Below, piece after piece: positions 30,738 through 42,550 of a stretch of 64,000 nucleotides of DNA (position 1 is the first letter of the stretch; every line of letters starts with the position of its first letter). The stretch is from Bacteroidota bacterium (lineage in GTDB: Bacteria > Bacteroidota > Bacteroidia > NS11-12g > UBA955). The position numbers and the translations under genes were made by a program. The stretch is taken from NCBI GenBank assembly GCA_018333525.1, contig JAGXTF010000058.1, positions 27,754 to 91,753 of the forward strand, in the 5' to 3' direction. The notes below the pieces were generated by a model. The model saw only the letters and a list, made by a program, of their open reading frames with translations, was not told the DNA's origin and searched no databases.

Positions 30738-31247
30738 ATAGAGTTCAAGAAATTCGAATTGTGATTTTCCCAATTTATAGCTGAGTGCGGAACTCATCGG
30801 ATATGATTCTTGGGTTTTAGAGAGTTTCCAATGGTCTTGCAATGGATTTTTGTGTATGTAATGTAGTTTCTGATGGACTACATCTCTCACAGGGATGCGG
30901 ATCCAATTTGCATTGCGCTTCCAGAAATGGTATTTTCTGTCTGCTTGTGTGGATTTAATTCTTTCTAACAATGGGCTATTTTTTGCCTTCATATCCCGCA
31001 AAATGCGCTGCGAGGTAAACATCAAAAAATTCTTTTGAAAGTAGATTTTTCTTTCTTTTTTGATTCTCATAACTATGTGAAAATGATTTGGCATAACCAC
31101 AAATCCATAAACAGCACAGGTACCATTATTTACAAAATAATTCAGCGAATCCAATAACATCTGCTTATACCTGTCATCCCAAAGCAGGGGAATCCATTTC
31201 TTACAGGTTGCCGTAAAAAAATACAAATCCTCGATCCGATAATGCAT
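30729..31247 (-). CDS. IS200/IS605-like HuH Y1 tyrosine transposase, resembling a REP-associated tyrosine transposase (RAYT)
   Basis: HuH motif VMPNHFHIVM and a C-terminal catalytic-Tyr motif HYIHKNP. The ~170-aa size and the flanking REP-like hairpins fit a RAYT. Confidence 0.7.
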   Translation of the reverse strand: MHYRIEDLYFFTATCKKWIPLLWDDRYKQMLLDSLNYFVNNGTCAVYGFVVMPNHFHIVMRIKKERKIYFQKNFLMFTSQRILRDMKAKNSPLLERIKSTQADRKYHFWKRNANWIRIPVRDVVHQKLHYIHKNPLQDHWKLSKTQESYPMSSALSYKLGKSQFEFLELYDE

Positions 31248-31429
31248 ACTGCAAATTCAAATCACCCGATTTAATAAACCCAAAAATAAACGCTTATATC
31301 CGGATATACCCGTTTAAATACCTTCTTCAGAATTCCAATTCGCAAATAATATACGATCGGTCATCGTTCCCTACCATGAGCGCAGCACATGGCGACCGAC
31401 GATATTTGAAATCCTTTAAAAAATAACTA

Positions 31430-32443
31430 CTATACCGCAGCCCAGCGTTTCGCCATCCAGGGGCCGGAATAGATAAATCCGGTATACACCTGCACCAGAT
31501 TCGCTCCTTTGTTGATTTTGGTATACATGTCTCTGGTATCCATTACTCCACCAACTCCAATAATGGGGTAATTTTTGCCGAGATTATGTCTCAAATATTC
31601 CAGAATTTCATTGCTTTTTTCCAACAAAGGTTTACCACTCAAACCCCCGTTGCCAATGGTGTTGAGTATTGCTTTATCCGTCTTTAAATTTTCACGGGAA
31701 ATAGTGGTATTGGTGGCAATAACCCCATCGATTTCCACTTTTTTTATTGTTTCGATAATTTCATCCAGTGCTTCCACACTTAAATCAGGAGCTATTTTTA
31801 ACAGGATTGGTTTTTTGTATTTGCTGTTTTCCCGAAGTGTATGTAAGCTCACAAACAATTCTGTAAGAAATTCTTTTTCCTGCAAATCCCGCAAGCCTGG
31901 AGTATTCGGAGAACTTACATTCACCGCAATGTAATCTACGTGTGGAACTATAGCCAGATAACATTTTACATAATCTTCCAGAGCATGTTCATTTGGAGTA
32001 ATTTTATTTTTTCCAATATTACCTCCAACAATCAATCCATCGGGGCGATGTCTCAATCGTTTCACCATCGCATCCAACCCTTCATTGTTAAATCCCATTC
32101 TGTTGATCAATGCCTTGTCCTTTTTCAGGCGAAACAATCTTGGTTTTGGATTTCCATCTTGTGGAAGCGGTGTAACAGTTCCAACCTCAACATGTCCGAA
32201 TCCAAGTGTTTTTAGCAGATGCAGCCATTTTGCATTTTTATCAAATCCTGCTGCAAGTCCAATGCGATTGGGGAATTTGATCCCCAAGAATTGTACAGAA
32301 TGTGGATTTTCTGCTTTAAAACTGCGCTTCAAAATAAATGCAAAGCCTGGGATTTTTAATGCCACTGCCAATAAATCCATGGCCACATAATGTGCTTTTT
32401 CCGCAGATAAAAAGAACAGAAAAAAACGCAGAATTCTGTACAT
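31430..32443 (-). CDS. pyrD: dihydroorotate dehydrogenase (quinone), class 2
   Basis: N-terminal membrane-association helix and conserved class-2 DHOD motifs (GFNNEG, IGVGG). Confidence 0.9.
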   Translation of the reverse strand: MYRILRFFLFFLSAEKAHYVAMDLLAVALKIPGFAFILKRSFKAENPHSVQFLGIKFPNRIGLAAGFDKNAKWLHLLKTLGFGHVEVGTVTPLPQDGNPKPRLFRLKKDKALINRMGFNNEGLDAMVKRLRHRPDGLIVGGNIGKNKITPNEHALEDYVKCYLAIVPHVDYIAVNVSSPNTPGLRDLQEKEFLTELFVSLHTLRENSKYKKPILLKIAPDLSVEALDEIIETIKKVEIDGVIATNTTISRENLKTDKAILNTIGNGGLSGKPLLEKSNEILEYLRHNLGKNYPIIGVGGVMDTRDMYTKINKGANLVQVYTGFIYSGPWMAKRWAAV

Positions 32444-32567
32444 GATTATGTTGAAATTTTAAAGGTTAAATAATGAAATAATAAACAACTTCTTATTTGA
32501 ATAAAAATGGTATTTGAAGATGGATGGTCGTGGCACAGATACATTTTCATAACCAGATATCGCAGAT

Positions 32568-34064
32568 TTAATGTTTAAAATGTCGCACTCCGGTAAACAC
32601 CATAGCCATACCATTTGCGTTACAATAATCAATACTCTCCTGGTCTTTAATACTTCCGCCCGGTTGTACTACTGCTTTTATTCCTGCTTTATCAGCAATT
32701 TCCACGCAATCCGGAAAAGGGAAAAATGCATCACTTGCCATTACGGCTCCATCCAGATCAAATCCGAAGCGGTTGGCTTTTTCAATAGCCTGATGCAAAG
32801 CATCCACACGACTGGTTTGTCCTGTACCACTTGCAAGCAATTGCCTGTCTTTCGCCAAAACGATAGTATTGCTTTTGGTGTTTTTAACCAATTTCACTGC
32901 AAATTCCATATCCGCAAATTGTGCATCGGTTGGTTGTGTATTTGTAACTGGTTTCATACCGCTGCGATCTTCCAAAACATGGTCGCGTTGTTGTATCAAT
33001 TCCCCATTGAGAACTGTTCTCAATGTTTTGCTTTTGAAATGAACATTTTTCGATTTCAAAATAATTCTATTCTTTTTCGCCGATAATATTTCGATTGCTT
33101 TTGGACTGAAATCCGGTGCAATTAGAACTTCAAAAAACAATTTATCCATTTCAGTAGCAACTGTTTCATCGATACCTTTATTTGTTGCAATGATACCGCC
33201 AAATGCGCTCACCGGATCACAGGAGAGTGCGTCTTTCCATGCATTCAACGCAGATTCACGTGTAGCGACTCCGCAAGCATTATTGTGTTTTACTATGACA
33301 TAAGTGCAACCTTCATTTTCGCGAAAATCTGCGAGCAAATACAAAGCACTATCTACATCCAAAAGATTATTATAACTGAGCTCTTTTCCCTGAATTTTTT
33401 CAAAAATATCTTCCAGATTACCGCTGAAACTTCCCGCCTGATGGGGATTTTCTCCATATCGCAAAGTGTAATTTTTAATTCCGGAAAACCAATTTGAAAT
33501 TTCTGTATCGTAGTTGGATGTGGTAGCAAATGCCCGAAGTGCAAGTTCTTTTCTCACTTCCTCAGAAATTTGCCCTGAATTACCTGAATATTTTTCAAAG
33601 AAATAGGCATAATCTGATTTGTTTGCAACGATGCTGGTATAGCGAAAATTCTTAGCTGCTGCGCGTATGAGTGAAACGCCACCAATGTCTATTTTTTCAA
33701 TAATATCTGGATCACTGGCACCGCTGGCAACAGTTTCTGAAAAAGGATATAAATCCACTACAATCAGGTCATAAAATGGAATTTGATACTGCTCCATTTC
33801 CTCCATGTCCTGTATATTGTCTTGTCTTGCCAATATTCCTCCGAAAACTTTGGGATGCAAAGTTTTTACACGACCACCAAGGATACTTGGGTAACCGGTA
33901 ACATCCTCTACAGCCACACATGGAATACCCATGTCTTCTATAAATTTTCTGGTTCCGCCTGTAGAGTAAAAAACCACTCCGTCTGCATACATTTTTTGAA
34001 TTATCGGCTCCAGACCATCTTTGTAAAATACAGAAATCAGTGCCTTTTTTATCTTCACGTCCAC
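32568..34064 (-). CDS. purH: bifunctional AICAR transformylase / IMP cyclohydrolase
   Basis: MGS-like N-terminal domain (ISVFYKDGL) and AICARFT domain. 498 aa. Confidence 0.9.
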   Translation of the reverse strand: MDVKIKKALISVFYKDGLEPIIQKMYADGVVFYSTGGTRKFIEDMGIPCVAVEDVTGYPSILGGRVKTLHPKVFGGILARQDNIQDMEEMEQYQIPFYDLIVVDLYPFSETVASGASDPDIIEKIDIGGVSLIRAAAKNFRYTSIVANKSDYAYFFEKYSGNSGQISEEVRKELALRAFATTSNYDTEISNWFSGIKNYTLRYGENPHQAGSFSGNLEDIFEKIQGKELSYNNLLDVDSALYLLADFRENEGCTYVIVKHNNACGVATRESALNAWKDALSCDPVSAFGGIIATNKGIDETVATEMDKLFFEVLIAPDFSPKAIEILSAKKNRIILKSKNVHFKSKTLRTVLNGELIQQRDHVLEDRSGMKPVTNTQPTDAQFADMEFAVKLVKNTKSNTIVLAKDRQLLASGTGQTSRVDALHQAIEKANRFGFDLDGAVMASDAFFPFPDCVEIADKAGIKAVVQPGGSIKDQESIDYCNANGMAMVFTGVRHFKH

Positions 34065-34137
34065 GCCGCGAAATTAAGTCCGACAGGCGGCCTGGGAAAG
34101 AAGAACGGTAAAAGTTTTGGACAATCTGTAAACAGAA

Positions 34138-35040
34138 TCAGACACTGTTCAGGGTATCCTTTATTTTGTTAAAACCCGCTCTCAGCAAGGCTGAATTTGC
34201 AAAATAGGTGTCAAAAACTTCCGCATCCATTGCATTCCACGCTGCCCTGTTTAACTGAATCCAACTTCCCGGTTGAAATGCGTTTTCTGAATTCGCTTCA
34301 CTAAAACGGTTCCAGGGACAAACTTCCTGACAAATATCACAGCCAAAAACCCAACCTTGCAATTTATCCCGAAAGCCATCCGGAATTTTATCCCGCAATT
34401 CTATCGTGAGATATGAAATGCATTTAGATGCATCCACGATGGAATTATCGAGAATGGCGTCTGTAGGACATGCATCAATACATGCCGTGCAATTTCCGCA
34501 GTGATCGGTTTGAATGGTATCGGGTTCAAGTTCTATATCGCATAAAATACTCGCAATAAAAAAATAAGAACCTATGGGTTTTCGAAGCAATAAACTGTTC
34601 TTTCCAATCCATCCAAGTCCTGCCTGAACGGCCCATTGCCGTTCCATTACCGGTGCGCTATCCACAAAAATCCGATAATGAAATTCACCATAAATGGATT
34701 TTATTTTTTCTGCCAGAGGATGCAATTTATTTTTAATTACTGTATGATAATCCTCGCCATACGCATATCTGGCAATTTTTGGGGCACCTTCAATTTGTAT
34801 TGCTGAAGGAAAATAATTGTATAAAAAACAAATTACGGATTTCGCACCCGGCATTAATTTTTCGGGATCCAAACGCTTTTCGAAATGATTTTCCATATAT
34901 TTCATTTCGCCATGAAAACCTTGACTCAGCCAGCTTTTCAGATGTTCTTCCTCTTCTTCGAGTTTGCGAACTTTTGCAATACCGCAAGCCAGAAATCCTG
35001 CTTCTTCAGAAAGTTTAATAATATCGGATTTCAGGTCCAA
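34138..35040 (-). CDS. queG: tRNA epoxyqueuosine(34) reductase
   Basis: Two 4Fe-4S ferredoxin motifs (CGNCTACIDACP, CDICQEVCPWN) and a DUF1730-like N-terminus. Confidence 0.85.
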   Translation of the reverse strand: MDLKSDIIKLSEEAGFLACGIAKVRKLEEEEEHLKSWLSQGFHGEMKYMENHFEKRLDPEKLMPGAKSVICFLYNYFPSAIQIEGAPKIARYAYGEDYHTVIKNKLHPLAEKIKSIYGEFHYRIFVDSAPVMERQWAVQAGLGWIGKNSLLLRKPIGSYFFIASILCDIELEPDTIQTDHCGNCTACIDACPTDAILDNSIVDASKCISYLTIELRDKIPDGFRDKLQGWVFGCDICQEVCPWNRFSEANSENAFQPGSWIQLNRAAWNAMDAEVFDTYFANSALLRAGFNKIKDTLNSV

Positions 35041-35051
35041 TTGATTTGTTG

Positions 35052-36074
35052 TTAAAACAATCCGCCTTTGGTTCTATCGGGAATTTTACCCAGATGCCGG
35101 TATGCAAGCTCGGTGGCTTCACGACCTCTTGCCGTGCGCTGAATGTAACCTTCCATAATCAGAAATGGTTCATATACTTCTTCTATGGTTCCGGCTTCTT
35201 CACCAACCGCTGTCGCTATGGTATTTAATCCTACAGGGCCACCTTTAAATTTATCAATAATGGTGCTCAGCAATTTGTTATCCATTTCATCCAGACCATG
35301 CATATCCACATTTAACGCGCTGAGGGCCATTTGCGCAATTTCCATGGTAATGGTACCATCCCCTTTTATTTGCGCAAAATCACGGGTACGTCTGAGAAGC
35401 GCATTGGCAATTCGCGGGGTTCCACGACTTCTTCTTGCGATTTCAAATGCTGCTGTTTCCTGTATAGGCGAATTCAAAATATTGGCACTGCGCAACACAA
35501 TATGAGAGAGTATTTCTGCGGTATAATATTCCAAACGGAAATTAATTCCGAATCTCGCACGAAGGGGAGAGGTAAGTAAACCGCTGCGGGTAGTGGCTCC
35601 AACCAAAGTAAAAGGGTGCAGGGTGATTTGTACACTTCGCGCATTTGGACCGGTATCAATCATGATATCGATCTTGTAATCTTCCATTGCGCTATACAAA
35701 TACTCTTCCACTACCGGACTGAGCCTGTGAATTTCATCGATGAATAAAACGTCACCTTCCGCAAGATTGGTAAGCAATCCGGCAAGGTCACCAGGTTTTT
35801 CCAATACAGGTCCGCTGGTGATTTTCATGGACGCTCCCAATTCGTTGGCCACAATATGGCTGAGTGTGGTTTTACCCAAACCCGGAGGGCCGTGCAACAA
35901 GATATGATCCAGTGCTTCACCGCGTAGCTTGGCCGCCTGCACAAAAACCTGCAGGTTGTCCATAATCCTTTCCTGTCCTGTGAAATCGTCGAAACGCTGC
36001 GGACGCAGCACTTTTTCAATTTCTTTTTCGACGCCGTTAAGGTGTTCGGATGTAGGATCCAGATTGGGATTCAT
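35052..36074 (-). CDS. ruvB: Holliday junction branch-migration helicase RuvB
   Basis: Walker [11 protein letters not shown], the AAA+ body and a winged-helix C-terminus. Confidence 0.95.
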   Translation of the reverse strand: MNPNLDPTSEHLNGVEKEIEKVLRPQRFDDFTGQERIMDNLQVFVQAAKLRGEALDHILLHGPPGLGKTTLSHIVANELGASMKITSGPVLEKPGDLAGLLTNLAEGDVLFIDEIHRLSPVVEEYLYSAMEDYKIDIMIDTGPNARSVQITLHPFTLVGATTRSGLLTSPLRARFGINFRLEYYTAEILSHIVLRSANILNSPIQETAAFEIARRSRGTPRIANALLRRTRDFAQIKGDGTITMEIAQMALSALNVDMHGLDEMDNKLLSTIIDKFKGGPVGLNTIATAVGEEAGTIEEVYEPFLIMEGYIQRTARGREATELAYRHLGKIPDRTKGGLF

Positions 36075-36141
36075 TCAGGTATACAAAATTGGGTGATTTA
36101 TGCCAAACCACAAAGGGCAGCAACAGTTTTTTATCCTCTAT

Positions 36142-36660
36142 TTATTCGCTATACGGTGCAGGATCAATACCATTTTCTTCACAACGTGCGATAAAAAAAT
36201 CCTTCATTTCCTTGTAATTTACAAAGTCAATTTCATCAAACTGGAAACCATTTTTATTTAAAAGCCAGATTGCAATTTCACTGTAATCGGGTATATAATC
36301 CCTGCTGTTTCTGTTGCCGAATCTTTGCCTTTCCTGGTAACTGCTAATTTCGGAATAACTGTAATAACGCCAGGTGGGTCGCATAAATTTTCTCCTGCAA
36401 AACTTGTCATTCGACATTTCCCAATAATATAAATGCCCAAGTGTGAAATCGAGATACAGGTAGAGCACGAATAATGGAATTGCCACCACCAGCATGGAAA
36501 AGCGATTGAGCCCAAGGGAATAAATAAAAAATAAAATAACTGTAAGTATGGTAACACCAATTAGAATTCTGGATGTAATAAACTTTTGGTTGAATTGTGA
36601 TTTAACAATTGGGGTGCCGGGAATCATTAATTCGTTATCCGATTCTCTTTCTGCTTGCAT
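36142..36660 (-). CDS. hypothetical membrane protein
   Basis: Two transmembrane helices. The start was set at the ATG at 36660, because the upstream extension in the ORF track uses TTG. Confidence 0.45.
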   Translation of the reverse strand: MQAERESDNELMIPGTPIVKSQFNQKFITSRILIGVTILTVILFFIYSLGLNRFSMLVVAIPLFVLYLYLDFTLGHLYYWEMSNDKFCRRKFMRPTWRYYSYSEISSYQERQRFGNRNSRDYIPDYSEIAIWLLNKNGFQFDEIDFVNYKEMKDFFIARCEENGIDPAPYSE

Positions 36661-36699
36661 TTTAAAAATTAAATATGTCAAATTTATCAGAAGAGAGGT

Positions 36700-37060
36700 G
36701 AAAATGCAAATACTTTAATACAATTCAACACAAGCGCCGGTGGCCTCACGGAGGAATAAAAAGAAGCCGCTGGCCCCAAGCTACTGGCCGCTGGCTCGCC
36801 ATTGCCAATGTTCTGTGATTTCTGTGTTATCTGTGCGCTTTTTTTGAACACATTTCCTTGTGTTGAAAGGTTTTTTTAATTAATTCAATTCAACACAAGC
36901 GCCTGCGGCGCCGCAAAGGACCGCAAAGGGCACCCGCCCGAACCGGTACGGGCGGGCAAGGAATACAGAATACAAAATAAACGCAGCGCATGGCAAAATT
37001 CAATCTCAGTGCGCAACTGGAACTTTTGGCCTTTTGCATTGAATTGTTTTTAAGGTAAAA
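36700..37060. other. GC-rich structured intergenic region: direct repeats, a 24-nt GC palindrome, and a terminator-like hairpin on the + strand
   Basis: CAATTCAACACAAGCGCC occurs at 36721 and again at 36886. GCCGCTGGC is present twice and TCTGTG three times. The palindrome CCCGCCCG-AACCGGTA-CGGGCGGG lies at 36933-36956. The hairpin GAACACA/TGTGTTG is followed by a T-run at 36846-36877. Confidence 0.6.
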
Positions 37061-37061
37061 A

Positions 37062-37334
37062 TTAATTAGAATAAAATGAAAAATAAATATAAATAAAATT
37101 AATTACGATACTTGAGAACAAACAGGTATAGCTAATTGTAAGCCTTGTTTTATGGTTACTCATTTTGCGTAAAACATCAATTTCTATAATGGAAGGAGCT
37201 AACATAAAAAGCGTCAATCCAAATAAAAACAATTTGAGGATTACATATGGGTAACCCATGAATAAATGCTGCAACCCAAATTTGTCGATTCCAATATTTA
37301 TCAAGGTAAATAGCAACATTAAAAAACTATACAT
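37062..37334 (-). CDS. small hydrophobic hypothetical protein (possibly spurious)
   Basis: 90-aa ORF with two predicted transmembrane helices in an AT-rich region. No other support. Confidence 0.25.
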   Translation of the reverse strand: MYSFLMLLFTLINIGIDKFGLQHLFMGYPYVILKLFLFGLTLFMLAPSIIEIDVLRKMSNHKTRLTISYTCLFSSIVINFIYIYFSFYSN

Positions 37335-37571
37335 ACTATTTTATTTCCAATACCAAACGAATTTAATGATAAAATGTGACCTGATTGAAAAGAAATGGTG
37401 TGTGAAGAAAATGTACTAAAAAATGTTAAATTCATAGTTTTGTTTTCAAACCGAATGCGTTGTCCGCCTACACATCCCTAATATGATATGAAGAAATAAA
37501 TGATGCTATTTATAATGCCTTTGAGCATGAAAATAGCTATAGCGCGTTTTCCCGATAATAAGAGATTTCAA

Positions 37572-37612
37572 CAAAAAAATTAAGCAATGTGAATTTGAAA
37601 AACCGCAATGCT
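37572..37612 (-). terminator. putative rho-independent terminator of dapA
   Basis: On the minus strand the imperfect stem AAGCATTG/CATTGCTT is followed by AATTTTTTTG, about 15 nt downstream of the dapA stop. Confidence 0.4.
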
Positions 37613-37626
37613 TTCACTTGGAAAAT

Positions 37627-38511
37627 TTATTCCGGCAAAGGTTTTTCAAAAGCCAGAGAACGCAACTTTTTTTCGAGCGTTTCGTTCACGGGCCACAGAG
37701 GCTGTCTAACAACATTCTCGCACAATCCCATCTCGTTCAACATTACTTTTATTCCTCCGGGACTGCCATCTGCAAAAATAGCAAGCGCACCTTCCAGAAT
37801 TTTGTATTGCAGATTTTTCGCTTGTTCCCAATTGCCGTTCAAACAGGCTTTGACCATAGAAGTAAATGTTTTTGGATAAGCATGGTTAATTACAGAAATT
37901 ACGCCAACTGCCCCGCAGGCCATCATTGGAAATGTTAATGCATCATCTCCGCTGATTACTAAAAATTCATCGGGTTTACGGGCCATTAATTGCATTACCT
38001 GTTCCATATTTCCACTAGCCTCCTTGGTTGCAATCATAGGTGCCAATTCCGCTATTCTGCACTGGGTTTCCCAGGTCATATTGCTTCCGGTTCTGGAGGG
38101 AACATTATAAATAATAATTGGAAGCGGAGTATTAGCTGCAATGCTTTTGTAATGCTGGTAAATGCCTTCCTGGTTGGGTTTGTTATAATAGGGACTTACG
38201 GAGAGAATTGCAGAAAATCCGTTTAAATCTGCCGTTTTCATACTGTCAATTACTTCTGCAGTATTATTACCACCAATACCTAAGACCAACGGCAAACGTT
38301 GTTGGTTGGCTTCGCGAATGGTATCGATTACCAATTGCTTTTCCTTTTTATCCAGTGTTGCACTTTCCCCTGTAGTTCCCAGAACTACAAAATAATCTGT
38401 GCCATTGGCAATCTGGTGTTCCACCACCTTTGCCAATGCCTGGGTATCCACACTACTATCTTTTTTGAAGGGCGTAACCAGTGCTGTACCTGTACCATAA
38501 AAGGAGTTCAT
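37627..38511 (-). CDS. dapA: 4-hydroxy-tetrahydrodipicolinate synthase
   Basis: DapA/NAL-family motifs (GTTGE, catalytic Lys region). 294 aa. Confidence 0.9.
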   Translation of the reverse strand: MNSFYGTGTALVTPFKKDSSVDTQALAKVVEHQIANGTDYFVVLGTTGESATLDKKEKQLVIDTIREANQQRLPLVLGIGGNNTAEVIDSMKTADLNGFSAILSVSPYYNKPNQEGIYQHYKSIAANTPLPIIIYNVPSRTGSNMTWETQCRIAELAPMIATKEASGNMEQVMQLMARKPDEFLVISGDDALTFPMMACGAVGVISVINHAYPKTFTSMVKACLNGNWEQAKNLQYKILEGALAIFADGSPGGIKVMLNEMGLCENVVRQPLWPVNETLEKKLRSLAFEKPLPE

Positions 38512-38538
38512 AGCGCAAAATTAATTCAGATGAGGCGA

Positions 38539-39099
38539 TTAACCGATTTTTTGCAGGTAAAATTCCAGATCTGCAATATATAGTTCGATTTTTGGCTTAT
38601 CCGGATCTCCCAATATGATATCGTAAAACTCTGTGGCTTTATCCCTGTTATAGCCTATCCTGCATGTAGCACTTGTAAATCCGGCAATACTTTTCAATGG
38701 CATTCGCCCATCCAGATTTAGATTAATAAAATAATCATAAGGTTCAGCCATCAGTTTTTTTACCTGTGTGGTTTTGGGCATTCCCAAACTATTAAAATCG
38801 TTTTTAGACAAATGAATCGTATTGTCATCCGGAGAAGCAGGAATATTGGCGGCTTTGCGTTTGTGGAAATAGATTACCGTAGTAATTGCTTTTTGCTTTT
38901 CATTCAAGAAAGCAATGAATTTCTGAATGGCTTTTTTTTCTCTGGCTTCTGTAGTCTGATATTCATCATAAGCTAACATCACCGTTTTTACCTTATCCAG
39001 AGGCAGAAAATTCCTGCTTCTGGTCTTCTTCCCGGCCAGCTTTCGCAGGGTACGCACTCCCAAATTATATTTCAGACCTTTAGCCAATTTCCCCATCAA
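38539..39099 (-). CDS. conserved hypothetical protein
   Basis: 186-aa ORF between dapA and ligA. No motif recognised. Confidence 0.45.
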   Translation of the reverse strand: MMGKLAKGLKYNLGVRTLRKLAGKKTRSRNFLPLDKVKTVMLAYDEYQTTEAREKKAIQKFIAFLNEKQKAITTVIYFHKRKAANIPASPDDNTIHLSKNDFNSLGMPKTTQVKKLMAEPYDYFINLNLDGRMPLKSIAGFTSATCRIGYNRDKATEFYDIILGDPDKPKIELYIADLEFYLQKIG

Positions 39100-39170
39100 A
39101 TCTATTGATTATTTACAAATATTGTACCTGACTCAAAGAAGAAATGGGAAACATCACCAATCCAGTTTCA

Positions 39171-41276
<2,106 letters not shown>

Positions 41277-41607
41277 TTACGGCCAATCGTCTATTTGTTT
41301 CGAGTATTACTTGGCTAATTAATGATATAGAATTTGACAATTGCAGTAAACTTTTTAGATGCTGATTACTGTGCTTGGGAAATTGATTTACTTCGGATTA
41401 TTTGAGGCATACTATTTCAAAGAAATGAATATTAAAGGAGTAAAATAAAAATGAAGTAATATCAATTTTACCGAATATCCAGAGGATAGTTAGCATGAAC
41501 CCCAACAACAGTAAATATTAAATGATTTCTGATGAAGTAGTAGGAAATTTCGTAACATAAATCATGTTGTTCCACCGCGTTATACTTTATCTTTCCGCTT
41601 CATTCCC

Positions 41608-42354
41608 ATGAAAACCAAAATGTTGCACTGGGTCAGGTTGTCTATTTTTGCAGTCTTGCCTTTCCTGGCTGCGAGTTGTACCCACTACTATTACATTACC
41701 CCCACTCAAAATGTACCATTATTGCAGGAAAAAGATGATTTCAGGGCATCCGCTTCTGTTGGGGGCGGACAGGAAATTAGTACTGTGAATATTCAGGCAG
41801 CCTGGGCCTGGCGGGAAAATTATGCGCTCATGGCAAATTATATGTGGGCAGATGGAGGAGAAAAATCAAACAATAGCGGAAATGGAAATTATTTGGATGC
41901 CGGTGTTGGTTATTTTACTCTTTTGGGAGAAAACTTTGTTTTTGAAACCTTTGCTGGTCTGGGATACGGGGAACAAAATCATCGTTATCCTACTGCTTTA
42001 GGGAATAACATTTCTTATGGACCCAGCAGTGCCTATCTCAATTTCTCGAGATTATTTTTGCAACCTTCTATAGGTTTCAGCCACTCTGCTTTTGATATTG
42101 CTCTCACTCCGGCTATTAGTAACATTCATTTTTTTAGAGTTAATAATGCCCGAAACGACCCGGATGTTGCCGAAATTGACGGGAATAAAAATTCATTTCT
42201 ATTTGAACCTGGAATTACTGCCAGATTCGGTTGGAAGTATGCAAAACTACAAGTTCAATATGTGCACATGTTCAATATTTCGAATCCGAATTTAAAATTT
42301 GAAGCGGACAAAATAAGCCTTGGAATTTCGATCGCCTTTTCCTCATCTTACTAG
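41608..42354 (+). CDS. hypothetical lipoprotein
   Basis: Lipobox LAASC after a signal peptide. The body is Gly/Asn/Tyr-rich and suggests beta structure. Confidence 0.5.
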   Translation: MKTKMLHWVRLSIFAVLPFLAASCTHYYYITPTQNVPLLQEKDDFRASASVGGGQEISTVNIQAAWAWRENYALMANYMWADGGEKSNNSGNGNYLDAGVGYFTLLGENFVFETFAGLGYGEQNHRYPTALGNNISYGPSSAYLNFSRLFLQPSIGFSHSAFDIALTPAISNIHFFRVNNARNDPDVAEIDGNKNSFLFEPGITARFGWKYAKLQVQYVHMFNISNPNLKFEADKISLGISIAFSSSY

Positions 42355-42550
42355 AACGTATCTCAAAAGTAGTTTTCAAGTCAATTCCAAGCAATTTTGC
42401 GCAAAACAAGGCGCTTTTCGAATTTCAGGCTGGTTGCCTGAAAAAGAGAAGCAACGCAGTGTTGCGCAAAATTTCGCAGGAGAAAATAAATAGATTTTAG
42501 TTTAGTTGAATTGACTAAAAGGACTTTTGAGATACGTTCCAGAACGTATT
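42354..42550. repeat. MITE-like element with ~32-bp imperfect terminal inverted repeats around a ~120-bp core
   Basis: The left arm at 42354-42387 (GAACGTATCTCAAAAGTAGTTTTCAAGTCAATTC) is the reverse complement of the right arm at 42508-42539, including a perfect 17-mer. The core holds the palindromes TTTTGCGCAAAA and CAGGCTGGTTGCCTG. A terminal hairpin ATACGTTC-CAG-GAACGTAT lies at 42532-42550. Confidence 0.6.

Larger units (their letters stand above)
30369..31400 (-). mobile_element. RAYT/REP locus: transposase gene, a duplicated REP-like element at its 3' side and a degenerate hairpin at its 5' side
   Basis: The gene is flanked by GC-rich palindromes in an AT-rich genome. A possible 5' hairpin, CCATGAGCGCAGCACATGG inside GATCGGTC...GACCGACGAT, lies at about 31335-31395. 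Confidence 0.5.

Noticed and set aside
36700-37060. Whether the GC-rich structured region is RNase P RNA, tmRNA or SRP RNA
   Set aside because: I looked for the conserved GGAAAGTCCGGGCT-type RNase P motif, a tmRNA 3' tRNA-like end (GGTTCGATTCC...CCA) and the SRP domain IV motif. None is present.
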